A stretch of 59,975 nucleotides of DNA, filler included, from Deltaproteobacteria bacterium (GTDB taxonomy: Bacteria; Myxococcota; JACRCW01), in the NCBI GenBank assembly GCA_016218805.1. It is 3 parts of 3 records of this genome, joined end to end, with 100 filler letters (N's around TTAATTAATTAA, not from the genome) between each part and the next. Parts side by side here need not be neighbours in the genome. Positions count along the whole stretch, not along the records: positions 1 to 27,904 come from JACRCW010000017.1; positions 28,005 to 52,152 come from JACRCW010000016.1; 1 more part is not named here. The stretch is one strand, 5' to 3'. The translations under genes and the position numbers were made by a program. This document shows positions 19,254 through 29,302 of this stretch, piece by piece; the first letter of the stretch is position 1, and every line of letters starts with the position of its first letter. Below the pieces are notes generated by a model that was not told the DNA's origin, ran no database searches, and worked only from the letters and a program-made list of their open reading frames with translations.

Positions 19254-22200
19254 ATGCTGCAGGTGGTCGTCTCCACGTCGTCGCAGCGGCGCCTGGCGGC
19301 GGCGGCGGACTTCCTGGCGCCCTTGCCGGCGGACGCTGAGGCGCTGCTGCTGGGTGCCTCGCGTGACGCGGTGGACGACCTGTGCCGCGCGGTGGCGGCA
19401 ACGCGCCCGGCGACCTTTGGCTGGGTGCGGATGACGCCGGCAGCGCTGGCCGCCACGCTGGCCGCGCCGCGCCTGGCGGAGTTGGGACTGTCCCCGGCGA
19501 CCTCCCGCGGGATGGAGGCGGTGGCGGCGCGGGCCACCTTTGCGTGCCGCCAGGCGGGAACGCTGGGCCGGCTGGCGGAGGTCTCCGTGGCGCCGGGGTT
19601 TGCGCGCGCGCTGGCCGGGACGCTGCGCGAGCTGCGCCTCAACGGCGTCACGCCGGCCGCGCTGCGCGCGCTGGGGCCGGAAGGGGTGGACCTGGCGGCG
19701 CTGCTGGAGGCGCTGGAAGGCCAGCTCACCGAATGCCACCTGGCCGACGAGGCGCGCACGCTGGCGCTGGCGGGGCAGGCGCTGTCGTCGTTGAAGGGAG
19801 CGCCCACCGGGCTTCCGCTGCTGCTGCTGGACACGCCGGTGCACTCGCCCGCACATGCGGCGTTCCTGGAGGCGCTGTGGACGCGCGCGCCGCGCGCGCT
19901 GCTGACCGTGGCGCAGGGTGACGACGAGACGCTGGCGCGCGTGCCGGCGCCCACGGCGCTGCCGGACAACGGGAGCACGGCAGGACTGGCGCGCCTGCGG
20001 CGGCACCTGTTCTCCACGGGTGAAGTTCCCCCCGCGGAGCCCGCCGACGACGTCACGTTCTTCTCCGCGCCGGGCGAGGGACGCGAGTGCGCGGAGATTG
20101 CGCGGCGCATCATGACGCTGGCGCGGGCGGGCACGCCGTTTGACGACATGGCGGTGCTGGTGCGCGATCCCGCGCTGTACACGGCGCACCTGGAGACCGC
20201 GCTGTCGCGGGCGTCCGTGCCGGTGTACTTCGCGCGCGGGACGGCGCGGCCGGACCCCGCGGGCCGCGCGTTCCTGGCCATCCTGCGGTGTGCGGCGGAG
20301 GGCCTGAGCGCAGTGCGTTTTGCGGAGTACCTGTCTCTGGCGCAGGTGCCCACGCCCGACGAGAACGGCGCCCCGCCACCCGCCGTGGAAACGTGGGTGC
20401 CCCCGCGTGAAGAGACCCTTCCCGCCGCCGCGCGCGCTGCCGAACGCACCGAGCCGACACGCCGTGCGCGCAAGCGTGATCCCCGGCAACTGGACCTGTT
20501 CGGTGCGGCGGTGGATGCCACGCGGCCGCCACCGCCAACGGCGCCGCCCGTGGTGGAGCACGACGGCACGCTGCGCGCGCCGTGGCGCTGGGAGTCACTG
20601 CTGGTGGAGGCGGCCGTGGTGGGGGGAGCGGACCGCTGGGCGCGGCGGCTCACGGGCCTGGAGGCTGAATGGCGCCTGCAACTGGCGGAGCTGCAGCGGG
20701 ACGATGCGGACGCGCTGCGCGCGGGCCGCCTGGAGAAGGACCTGGAGCAGCTGGGGCACCTGCGGCGGTTTGCGCTGCCGGTGATGACGCATCTGGGCGC
20801 GCTGCCCGCATCCGCCAGCTGGGGCGAATGGCTGGACGCACTGTTCAAGCTGGCCCCGCGCGTGCTGCGCCAGCCGGAGCGGACGCTGGCGGTGCTGGCG
20901 GAGCTGCGGCCCATGGGCGTGCTGGGGCCGGTGTCGCTGTCCGAGGTCCTGGACGTGCTGCAGGACCCGCTGGCGACGATGGAACAGGAGCCCCCGGCGC
21001 GACGGCACGGCCGCGTGTTTGTGGGCCCGCCCGAGGGGGCACGCGGGCGGCAGTTTGCGGCGGTGTTTGTGCCCGGGCTGGCTGAGCGGGTGTTCCCGCG
21101 CAAGCCGGGCGAGGACCCGCTGCTGCTGGATGCGGCGCGGGCGCGCCTGCAGTCCGTTTCTCCGTCGCTGCGGCTGCCCACCCAGGCCACGCGCGCCCTG
21201 GCGGAACGGCTGGCGCTGCGGCTGGCCGTGGGGGCGGCCGGGAGGGCGGTTTTCCTTTCTTACGCGCGCATCCAGATGCCGGAGGCGCGGCCGCGCGTTC
21301 CCAGTTTCTACGCGCTGGACGTCATGCGCGCCACGACGGGCCGCCTGCCGGACTTTGAGTCCCTGGAGCGCGACGCGGAGCGGGCCTCCGGTGCGCGGCT
21401 GGCGTGGCCGGCGCCGCCCGACGCCGCGGATGCGCTGGACGACGCGGAGCACGATCTGGCGGTGCTGGGGCCGCTGCTGCACGCACCCCCGGCGGCACAG
21501 CGCGGCCGCGCGCAGTACCTGCTGCGGCTCAACGAGCACCTCGCGCGCTCGCTGCGGGCGCGTTGGGCCCGCGCGCACGAACGCTGGTCGTCGTGGGAGG
21601 GACTGGTGAAGCGCACGCCGGCCATTGCGCCGGCGCTGGATGCCAACCGCCTCACGCGCCGGCCGTATTCCGCCTCGGCGCTGCAGAAATTTGCGGCGTG
21701 CCCCTACCAGTTCCTGCTGGCCGCCTTCTACCGGCTGGAACCGCGTGAGGACTCCGTCCCGCTGGAGCAGGTGGACCCGCTCACGCGCGGCGCGCTGTTC
21801 CATGAAATCCAGGCCGCCGTGTACCGCCGTCTGCGCGACGCCGGCGCGCTGCCGGTGCGCAAGGACGCGCTGCCCGCCGCGCTGGCCATTCTCGACGAGA
21901 CGGCCCGCGCGATCCAGGAGTCCTGGCGCGACCGCGTGTGCCCCGCCATTCCGCGCGTGTGGCTGGACGCCATGACGTCCATGCGGACGGACCTGCGCAC
22001 GTGGCTGGCGCGCGTGGCGGAGGACCCCCAGTGGGTGCCGCGCTACTTTGAGCTCGCCTTTGGCCTGGAGCGGCGCCCGGGTCATGACGAGGCTTCCTGG
22101 CCGGAGCCCGCCACCCTGCCCGGCGGGCAGATCCTGCGGGGCGCCATTGACCTGGTGGAGGAGCACGCGGAGCGCCGGACGCTGCGCGTGACGGACCACA

Positions 22201-22577
22201 AGACGGGGCAGAACCGCGCGCGCGCGGGCATGGTCACCGGCGGGGGCACGTTCCTGCAGCCGGTGCTGTACGCGCTTGCGCTGGAGGCGCGCGCCGGGCG
22301 CACGGTGGAGGGATCACGGCTGTTCTTCTGCACGGCGGCAGGCCGGTTTGAGGAGGTCCACGTGCCGGCCGGCGAGTTCCAGAAGCAGCAGGGCGTGCTG
22401 GCGCTGGAGACCATTGACCGCGCGGTGGAGCGCGGCGCGCTGCCGGCCGCACCCGCCAAGGACGTCTGCACCTGGTGCGATTTCCGCCCGGTGTGCGGCC
22501 CTTCCGAAGAGCTGCGCATCCGTCACAAGGACCCCTCCCCCCTCACGGACCTCACCACGTTGCGGGGGCTCCCGTGA
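19254..22577 (+). CDS. addB: AddB-like subunit: inactive helicase scaffold plus PD-(D/E)XK nuclease with Fe-S cysteines
   Basis: SASALQKFAACPYQF, RGAIDLVE...DHKTG, QPVLY, CTWCDFRPVC; coupled to the UvrD-like gene. Confidence 0.85.
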   Translation: MLQVVVSTSSQRRLAAAADFLAPLPADAEALLLGASRDAVDDLCRAVAATRPATFGWVRMTPAALAATLAAPRLAELGLSPATSRGMEAVAARATFACRQAGTLGRLAEVSVAPGFARALAGTLRELRLNGVTPAALRALGPEGVDLAALLEALEGQLTECHLADEARTLALAGQALSSLKGAPTGLPLLLLDTPVHSPAHAAFLEALWTRAPRALLTVAQGDDETLARVPAPTALPDNGSTAGLARLRRHLFSTGEVPPAEPADDVTFFSAPGEGRECAEIARRIMTLARAGTPFDDMAVLVRDPALYTAHLETALSRASVPVYFARGTARPDPAGRAFLAILRCAAEGLSAVRFAEYLSLAQVPTPDENGAPPPAVETWVPPREETLPAAARAAERTEPTRRARKRDPRQLDLFGAAVDATRPPPPTAPPVVEHDGTLRAPWRWESLLVEAAVVGGADRWARRLTGLEAEWRLQLAELQRDDADALRAGRLEKDLEQLGHLRRFALPVMTHLGALPASASWGEWLDALFKLAPRVLRQPERTLAVLAELRPMGVLGPVSLSEVLDVLQDPLATMEQEPPARRHGRVFVGPPEGARGRQFAAVFVPGLAERVFPRKPGEDPLLLDAARARLQSVSPSLRLPTQATRALAERLALRLAVGAAGRAVFLSYARIQMPEARPRVPSFYALDVMRATTGRLPDFESLERDAERASGARLAWPAPPDAADALDDAEHDLAVLGPLLHAPPAAQRGRAQYLLRLNEHLARSLRARWARAHERWSSWEGLVKRTPAIAPALDANRLTRRPYSASALQKFAACPYQFLLAAFYRLEPREDSVPLEQVDPLTRGALFHEIQAAVYRRLRDAGALPVRKDALPAALAILDETARAIQESWRDRVCPAIPRVWLDAMTSMRTDLRTWLARVAEDPQWVPRYFELAFGLERRPGHDEASWPEPATLPGGQILRGAIDLVEEHAERRTLRVTDHKTGQNRARAGMVTGGGTFLQPVLYALALEARAGRTVEGSRLFFCTAAGRFEEVHVPAGEFQKQQGVLALETIDRAVERGALPAAPAKDVCTWCDFRPVCGPSEELRIRHKDPSPLTDLTTLRGLP

Positions 22578-25500
22578 CGTTTGTGGACGACGCCGACCGC
22601 GAGGTCATCCGCACGCGCCTGGACCTCAACCTTGTGGTGGAGGCCGCCGCGGGGACGGGCAAGACCACGGAGCTGGTGGGCCGCATGGTGGCGGTGCTGC
22701 GGGCGGGCCACACCACGGTGGACCGCGTGGTGGCCGTGACGTTCACGGAGAAGTCCGCGGGCGAACTCAAGCTGCGCCTGCGCGCGCGCCTGGAGTCCGC
22801 GCGGCGCGAGGCGGACCCGGACGCGCGCGCACACCTGGAGCACGCGCTGGCCCACCTGGAGGAGGCGCACGTCAGCACCATCCACGGCTTCTGCGGGGAC
22901 CTGCTGCGCTCCCGCCCCGTGGAGGCGGGCGTGGATCCACTGTTTGAGGTCCTTCCTGAGCCGGCCTCGCGCGCGCTTTTTGCCCAGGCGTTCAACCGCT
23001 GGCTGCAGGACGTGCTGGCGGACCCGCCGGAGGGCGTGCGGCGCGCGCTGCGCCGGGACCCGCCGCACGTGCACGGCCAGCGCCGCCGCACCCCGCGTGA
23101 ATCGCTGCGGGACGCCGCCTGGTCACTGTGTGACTGGCGTGACTTCCCCGCGCCTTGGCAGCGCCCGTCGTGGGACCGCCCCCGCGTGCTCGCCGCCATC
23201 GCCGAGGAGCTGCACGCTTTTGCGGACCTGTCCGCGCGCGGGGACAACCCGGGAGACTACCTGTTCCGTGACACGCTCCCGGCGCGCCAGCACTCGGACC
23301 ACCTGCGCATGCTGATGCGCGCCGGCGCGCTGGATGACGACTCCGTGGAGGCCGCCCTGGTGACGCTGGCCCGCCAGTACAAGTTCACGCACGCGCACAG
23401 CGGGCGGACCAAGATGTACGCGCCGGGACTCCCGCGTGACGTCGTGAAGACCGCGCACCAGCGCCTGGTCGGTTCGCTGGCGGAATGTGCGCGGCTGGCG
23501 GACGCAGACCTGGCCGCGCTGCTGCGGGCCGAGCTGCAGGGCGCGCTCACCCGCTACGCGGAGCTGAAGGTCCGTGCCGGGCGGCTGGATTTCATGGACC
23601 TGCTGCTGCGCACGCGGGACCTGCTGCGCGCTTCCACGTCCGCGCGGACGTCCCTGCAGGCGCGCTTCACGCACCTGTTTGTGGACGAGTTCCAGGACAC
23701 CGACCCCATCCAGGCGGAACTGTTGCTCCTGCTGTGCGCGGATGATCCCACCGTCACCGACTGGCGCGGCGTGCGCCCGGCCCCCGGCAAGCTGTTCATA
23801 GTGGGGGATCCCAAGCAGGGCATCTACCGTTTCCGCCGCGCGGACGTGGGCACCTACCAGACAGTGAAGGACCTGCTGCAGGAGCGCGGCGCGCGCGTGG
23901 TGCGGCTGAGCCGCTCCTACCGCGCGGTGCCGGGGATCCACGGATGCGTGAATGCGGCGTTTGCCCCCGCCATGACCGGGGACCGTGCCACGCTGCAGGC
24001 CGAGTATGTTCCCCTGGCCTCGGCGCGGGAGCCCTTTGAGCAACAGCCGTCCGTGGTGGTGCTCCCGGTGCCGCGCCCCTACGGCCAGCGCGGCATCACC
24101 CGCGATGCGATCAACAGCTCGCTGCCCGACGCGACGGGCGCGTTTGTGAAGTGGCTGCTGACGGAGTCCGGCTGGACGGTGACCGAGCACGCGCGGCCCA
24201 CCGAGCGCGTCCCGGTGCGCCCGCAGCACATCTGCCTGCTGTTCCGGCGCCTGACCGACGTTGGTCAGGACGTGACCCGGCCGTACGTCAACGCCCTGGA
24301 GGCGCGCGGCATCCCGCAGCTCCTCGTCGGCGGACGCGGCTTCCACGAACGCGAAGAAGTGGAGACCCTGCGCGCGGCGCTGTCCGCCATTGAGTGGCCG
24401 GAGGACCAGCTGAGCGTGTTTGCCGCGCTGCACGGGCCGCTGTTTGCCATCCCGGACGACGTGCTCCTTGAGTACTGGCACACGCATGGGCGCTTCCAGC
24501 CGTTCCACGTCCCGCTGGGTCCGCTTCCGGAACCGCTGGCTCCCGTGCGGGACGCGCTGCTGGCGCTGCGCGCGCTGCACCAGGCGCGCAACCGGCGGCC
24601 GGTGGCGGAGACGGTGAACCGGCTGCTGCAGGAGACCCGCGCGCACGCCACGTTTGTGCTGCGGCCCAGCGGGGAGCAGGCGCTGGCCAACGTGCTGCAC
24701 GTGGCGGACCTGGCGCGCCAGTATGAACAGCAGGGCGGCATCAGCTTCCGCGGCTTTGTGGAGCAGCTGCGCACGGAGGCGGACGGCGGCGCAGCGTCGG
24801 AGGCGCCCATCCTGGAGGAGGGCAGCGACGGTGTGCGCATGATGACCGTGCACCGCGCCAAGGGCCTGGAGTTCCCGGTGGTGATCCTGGCGGACATCTC
24901 CGCGGGGTTGAAGCCGTTCACCGTGGACCGGCACGTGGACCCGGCACGCGGCCTGTGCGCGCAGCGGCTGATGCGGTGCGCTCCCCTGGAGCTGGCCCAG
25001 CACGAGCAGGAGGAGATGGCGCGCGACGAGGCGGAAGGCGTGCGGCTGGCCTACGTGGCGGCAACGCGCGCGCGCGACCTGCTGGTGGTGCCGGGCGTGG
25101 GTGACGGGGAGAACAGCCCCAACTCCTGGGTGGGTCCGCTGTACCGCGCGCTGGTGCCGGCGGCGCAGTTCCGCCGCAAGGCGGAGCCCTCACCGGGCTG
25201 CCCCGCGTTCCGTGATGACTCCGTGGTGGACCGGCCGCCGGACATGATGGACACCGGGCCCAACGTCCGCCCCGGCACGCACGCGTTCCCCGGCCACGCC
25301 GTGGTGTGGTGGGATCCGCACGCGCTGGCGCTGGACGCCGCCGGCGCGCCGGGCATCCGCCACCGGGAGCTGTTGGACAAGAACGTCCCGGATGACGTTG
25401 TCACGGCGGACGCGGCGCGGTGGCGCGCGTGGCGCGACCAGCGGAGCGCCGTGGTGGAGCGCGGCGGGACGCCGTTGTTCCGCGTGGCCACCATCACGGA

Positions 25501-25999
25501 GCACGCGGAGGAGTCCGGCGGGGCTGCCACCGCCGAGCTGGTGGAGTTGCCGCGGCCGCCCACGGGTGCGCACGGCAAGCGCTACGGGACGCTGGTGCAC
25601 GCCGTCATGGCCACCGTGGCGCTGGACGCGCCGCCGGCCGCCGTCCAGGAGGCCACCGCCATGCAGGCGCGCATCCTGGGCGCCACCGAGCACGAGCGCG
25701 CCTCCTGCGTGGACGCCGTGGGACGCGCGCTGGCCCACCCGCTGCTGGCCCGCGCACGCGCCGCGGCGGCGTGCCGGCGCGAGGCACCCGTGACCCTGAC
25801 GCTCCCCGACGGGACGCGGCTGGAGGGCGTGGTGGACCTGGCCTTCCGCGAGGACCGCGGATGGACCGTGGTGGATTTCAAGACGGACGCGGACGTGTCC
25901 CTGGGCCGCGAGGCCTACGCGCGGCAGGTCCGCACCTACGCGGACGCCATCACCGCCGCCACCGGGCTGCCGGCCCACGGCGTGATCCTGGCGCTGTGA
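22574..25999 (+). CDS. addA: AddA-like SF1 helicase-nuclease
   Basis: AAAGTGKT, VTFTEKSA, VDEFQDT, VGDPKQGIYRFR, TVHRAKGLEF, YVAATRAR; C-terminal GVVDL...VDFKTD...QVRTY nuclease. Confidence 0.9.
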   Translation: MTFVDDADREVIRTRLDLNLVVEAAAGTGKTTELVGRMVAVLRAGHTTVDRVVAVTFTEKSAGELKLRLRARLESARREADPDARAHLEHALAHLEEAHVSTIHGFCGDLLRSRPVEAGVDPLFEVLPEPASRALFAQAFNRWLQDVLADPPEGVRRALRRDPPHVHGQRRRTPRESLRDAAWSLCDWRDFPAPWQRPSWDRPRVLAAIAEELHAFADLSARGDNPGDYLFRDTLPARQHSDHLRMLMRAGALDDDSVEAALVTLARQYKFTHAHSGRTKMYAPGLPRDVVKTAHQRLVGSLAECARLADADLAALLRAELQGALTRYAELKVRAGRLDFMDLLLRTRDLLRASTSARTSLQARFTHLFVDEFQDTDPIQAELLLLLCADDPTVTDWRGVRPAPGKLFIVGDPKQGIYRFRRADVGTYQTVKDLLQERGARVVRLSRSYRAVPGIHGCVNAAFAPAMTGDRATLQAEYVPLASAREPFEQQPSVVVLPVPRPYGQRGITRDAINSSLPDATGAFVKWLLTESGWTVTEHARPTERVPVRPQHICLLFRRLTDVGQDVTRPYVNALEARGIPQLLVGGRGFHEREEVETLRAALSAIEWPEDQLSVFAALHGPLFAIPDDVLLEYWHTHGRFQPFHVPLGPLPEPLAPVRDALLALRALHQARNRRPVAETVNRLLQETRAHATFVLRPSGEQALANVLHVADLARQYEQQGGISFRGFVEQLRTEADGGAASEAPILEEGSDGVRMMTVHRAKGLEFPVVILADISAGLKPFTVDRHVDPARGLCAQRLMRCAPLELAQHEQEEMARDEAEGVRLAYVAATRARDLLVVPGVGDGENSPNSWVGPLYRALVPAAQFRRKAEPSPGCPAFRDDSVVDRPPDMMDTGPNVRPGTHAFPGHAVVWWDPHALALDAAGAPGIRHRELLDKNVPDDVVTADAARWRAWRDQRSAVVERGGTPLFRVATITEHAEESGGAATAELVELPRPPTGAHGKRYGTLVHAVMATVALDAPPAAVQEATAMQARILGATEHERASCVDAVGRALAHPLLARARAAAACRREAPVTLTLPDGTRLEGVVDLAFREDRGWTVVDFKTDADVSLGREAYARQVRTYADAITAATGLPAHGVILAL

Positions 26000-26004
26000 G
26001 GAGT

Positions 26005-26481
26005 TCAGACCGGGTAGAGCAACCCGCGCAGCACGGCCAGGCCGCCCGGGCGCAGCAGCGTGGGTGAAAGCACCGCCTCCAGCGCGCGCCCGCGCGCGTC
26101 GTCGTCAGCGCCGGGCGCCAGCACCAGCGCCGCCTCTTCCAGGGCATCCTGCACCAGGCCCATCTCGGCAAACGCCACCGCCAGGTCCGCGTGCGCGCGG
26201 GCGTCGTCCGCTTCGGCGGTGATGCGGCGCAGGTCCCGGACCACCTCCTCCGCATCCGCGCGGTCCAGGCCGCCAGAGACGCGCACCAGCTCGTCAGTCA
26301 GGTCGTCACGCGCATCCTGCGCCGCCTCCGCAGACTCCAGCGCCCAGACATGCCCCAGGGGGCGCGCGCCACGCAGCAGCGTGCCCATCCGCGCGGCGCA
26401 TTCGCGGCACGCGGCACGGGCCTCCACCGCGAGCATCACCTCGGCGCGGCCGGCGCGGTTGCAGAGGACACAGCGAATCAC
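26005..26481 (-). CDS. Small protein with C4 zinc-finger-like N-terminus and TPR-like C-terminus
   Basis: CVLC...CREC at the N-terminus; AHADLAVAFAEMGLVQDA TPR-like motif. Confidence 0.6.
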   Translation of the reverse strand: MIRCVLCNRAGRAEVMLAVEARAACRECAARMGTLLRGARPLGHVWALESAEAAQDARDDLTDELVRVSGGLDRADAEEVVRDLRRITAEADDARAHADLAVAFAEMGLVQDALEEAALVLAPGADDDARGRALEAVLSPTLLRPGGLAVLRGLLYPV

Positions 26482-26554
26482 GGGGTCAGGGTAGCGCTGC
26501 GCATGCGCGTTGGCGAGCGCGCCGCTTCAGTGACCACGTGCTATCCCGATCACC

Positions 26555-27097
26555 ATGGCGCGTTGGGCATTGCTGACCGGAGGCCTGGGCTCCCACCGCT
26601 CTGACGCCATGCGGCGCCTGGCCGCCGCCGTGCGCGCCACCGGGCGCGTGGCCGCGGGCTTCACCCAGCGCCGCCTGTTGGACGACGACGGTGTGCGCAC
26701 CGGGCTGCAGCTGGAGCGCGTCACCACGGGCGAAAGCACGACGCTGGCCCGCCGCGCCGCCGCCGGCGCCGCCGAGCACGAGCAGACCTATTGCGAGATG
26801 CTGTTTGACCGGCGCGCGTTCCAGGCCGGCGCGCGCTGGGTGGACCAGGACGCAGCCGGCGCGGACGTCCTGCTCCTGGACGAACTGGCCAAGGTGGAGG
26901 CGGGCGGCGGCGGCCACACTCCCGCGGCCCGGCGCGCATTGCGCTGTCCGCCCGCCGTCATCGTCGTGCTGGCCGTCCGCGGGGACCAACTGGCCGCCGT
27001 CATGGACCGCCTGGACCTCTCGGACGAACCCGTGGCCACCCTGGAACTCCCCGCGGACGACGACGCCGTGGACGCCTTTGCCGCGGCCTTGAGGTGA
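26555..27097 (+). CDS. DUF2478/NTPase_1-like P-loop protein with degenerate Walker A
   Basis: LLTGGLGSHRS, GRVAAGF, Walker B LLLDELAKVEAGGGG. Confidence 0.65.
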   Translation: MARWALLTGGLGSHRSDAMRRLAAAVRATGRVAAGFTQRRLLDDDGVRTGLQLERVTTGESTTLARRAAAGAAEHEQTYCEMLFDRRAFQAGARWVDQDAAGADVLLLDELAKVEAGGGGHTPAARRALRCPPAVIVVLAVRGDQLAAVMDRLDLSDEPVATLELPADDDAVDAFAAALR

Positions 27098-27161
27098 TCG
27101 GAAACCGCGCATTTCCTGCGTCACGGTCTGCAACCACCTTGAAAACACGGATGTTCTTGGC

Positions 27162-27904
27162 GTGCCTCTGGATGTCCGAAGGTGGAACGGCATCCTCCCG
27201 CCTACCGTCCGCCACCTTACCGACCCCCGCGGAGGAAGCCCGATGCAGCAGCTCATGGAGGCCGTGCCGAGGTTGAACGACATTGCGACCCGGTGCGGAC
27301 TGGACTCCGACGACGTGCAGCGGGCGTTGGGCCGGCTGTGGCAGGCAGGCAGCGCGCTGGCCGGGCAGACGGGCGGGCTGCCGGCGGACACGTCGGGACG
27401 CCTGGTGGACGGGTTCACGCGCAACCTGGACCAGGATCCCATGCTCATTGGCTGGGCGCTGCGGGTGGCGTCACGGTTGGGCGAGACGGCGTGGCAGCGG
27501 TTCTTTGACAACTTTGTGGTGCGCATGGTGACGGAGCGGCCGGCGCTGGTGGCCAGGCTCCGCGACGAGCTGGGTATGGTCCCGCCCATGACGCTGGTGG
27601 TGAACCCCACCATGGCGTGCAACCTGCGCTGCCGCGGCTGTTACGCGTTTGAGTTCTCGCGCTCGGAGAGCATGGACCCGGAGTTGTTCCGCCGCATTGT
27701 CCGCGAAGCGCGTGACATGGGCATCCGGTTCCTCACCGTCACCGGCGGCGAGCCGTACGCGTACAAGCCGCTGGTGGACCTGGCGATGGAATTCCCGGAC
27801 ATGATGTTCCTGACGTACACCAACGGGACGCTCATCAACGACAAGATGGCGGACCGCATTGCCGCGGCGGGCAACATCATGCCGGCGCTCTCCGTGGAGG
27901 GCTA
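27162..27904 (+). CDS. Radical SAM protein (3' truncated at contig end)
   Basis: CNLRCRGC CxxxCxxC motif, TGGEP, YTNGTLI, ALSVEG. Start uncertain (27162 or 27243). Confidence 0.9.
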
Positions 27905-28004
27905 NNNNNNNNNNNNNNNNNNNNNNNNNNNNNNNNNNNNNNNNNNNNTTAATTAATTAANNNNNNNNNNNNNNNNNNNNNNNNNNNNNNNNNNNNNNNN
28001 NNNN
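27905..28004. other. Artificial contig linker (N44-TTAATTAATTAA-N44)
   Basis: Six-frame stop linker at 27949-27960 inside N runs. Confidence 0.97.
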
Positions 28005-28222
28005 ACCGTGCAGCCCAACTCGCGGAGCACAGCAAACACCGTCCGGAGGCGCTCTCCTGCAGCGAAGACGTTGATGTCGAGGTCCTTGGTGAACCGGGGA
28101 ACGCCCCACAGGCCGTACGCCAGCGCTCCGCCGATGGCGCATGGGATCCCACGCTGTTCGAGGAGCGAGGCCAGCTGCAGTCCAACGGCCAGCGGATCGT
28201 AAAGGATCGTATCACCGGCCAT
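28005..28222 (-). CDS. Nucleotidyltransferase-fold protein (AbiEii/DUF6036-like), 3' truncated
   Basis: AIGGALAYGLWGVPRFTKDLDI matches the GG..A...R.T.D.D Pol-beta-type NTase motif. Confidence 0.75.
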
Positions 28223-28478
28223 CGACGACTCCCTGTCGTCGGGAACGTGCCTCGCCGCGCAACCGCTTCAGCAACCGCCGGCTGCTTTCCGGCAGCGGGT
28301 CACGCTCGCGGGCCAGGGCCTCGAGGTCGTCGCGCGCGGCCAGCAGCCGCATGCCCGCGCTGCACAGCATGACAAGTTCGTTGGCGACGTCGTCAGGTGC
28401 CATGTCACGGTAAGGGAGCGCCTCGTCGAGCACGGACTGCGCGTTGTCAACGACCCAGCCAGGGAGGCGCCTCACCAT
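28212..28478 (-). CDS. Small hypothetical protein (88 aa) overlapping the NTase start
   Basis: MVRRLPGWVVDNAQSV...RDPLPESSRRLLKRLR; 11-bp overlap with the NTase gene. Confidence 0.6.
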   Translation of the reverse strand: MVRRLPGWVVDNAQSVLDEALPYRDMAPDDVANELVMLCSAGMRLLAARDDLEALARERDPLPESSRRLLKRLRGEARSRRQGVVDGR

Positions 28479-28710
28479 GAGTGCAAGATAGCAGGACGAC
28501 ACGCCGCTACGCACCCAGGCGGCTTCACCGCTCCCGGCACCAGCCCAAGGCCCGGACCCGCGGCAGGAGATCTCGACGTGGGCGCGGGGGAGATGGTGGC
28601 CCCGCAACCCGGGCGTCTTGCGCCCGCGTGCGCAACTACCTGCGGCGGGCGTGAAGTCAGTTGCCTCAGCGGGGCCTGATCCCCCAAGAAGGCGCCCCCG
28701 GAGGCGACGC

Positions 28711-29301
28711 ATGGACGTGGCGGACAAGAACGTGGATGCGCTGGCGCTGCTCCGCGGGGCGGACGCGCTGCTGGAGGGACACTTCCTGCTGTCGTCGGGG
28801 CTGCACAGCGGGAGCTACGTGCAGTGCGCGCAGCTGTTGCAGTACCCGGACCGCGCGGAAGCGGTGGGCCGCGCCCTGGCCGCGCGCGCGCCGGTCTGTG
28901 ACGTGGTGGTGTCCCCCGCCATGGGCGGCCTGTTCCTGGGCCACGAAGTGGCGCGCGCGCTGGGCAAGCGCCACGTCTTCACCGAGCGCGAGAACGGGGC
29001 GATGGTCCTGCGCCGCGGCTTCGCGCTGGGACCGCGAGCGCGCTGCCTCGTCGTGGAGGACGTGTTCACCACCGGCAAGAGCACGCGCGAAGTGTTCGAC
29101 GTGCTGCGCGCGGCCGGTGCCGTCGTCGCCGGTGCGGTGTCGCTGGTGTTCCGCGGCGCGGGGGACCTGGGATTCGGCGTGCCCACTGAGTCGCTGGTGC
29201 GGCTGGCGTTGGACACGTGGGAACCCGCCGCGTGCCCGCTGTGCAAACAGGGACTGCCGCTGGTGAAGCCGGGCTCGCGCAAGCAGCCCACGGGAGCCTG
29301 A
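28711..29301 (+). CDS. pyrE: Orotate phosphoribosyltransferase
   Basis: GHFLLSSGLHS, VVEDVFTTGKS PRPP motif, C-terminal CPLC...KPGSR; GGAGG RBS. Confidence 0.93.
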   Translation: MDVADKNVDALALLRGADALLEGHFLLSSGLHSGSYVQCAQLLQYPDRAEAVGRALAARAPVCDVVVSPAMGGLFLGHEVARALGKRHVFTERENGAMVLRRGFALGPRARCLVVEDVFTTGKSTREVFDVLRAAGAVVAGAVSLVFRGAGDLGFGVPTESLVRLALDTWEPAACPLCKQGLPLVKPGSRKQPTGA

Positions 29302-29302
29302 C

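Noticed and set aside
19254..25999. Helicase-nuclease pair as a novel defence system (Cas4-like Fe-S nuclease)
   Set aside because: Order, size and motifs match ordinary AddB-AddA double-strand-break repair.
27949..27960. TTAATTAATTAA repeated at 27949 and 52197 as a biological repeat or att site
   Set aside because: Standard six-frame-stop assembly linker embedded in Ns.
28479..28710. PyrR attenuator or ZTP riboswitch upstream of pyrE-purM-purNH
   Set aside because: No recognisable conserved core or U-tract terminator.
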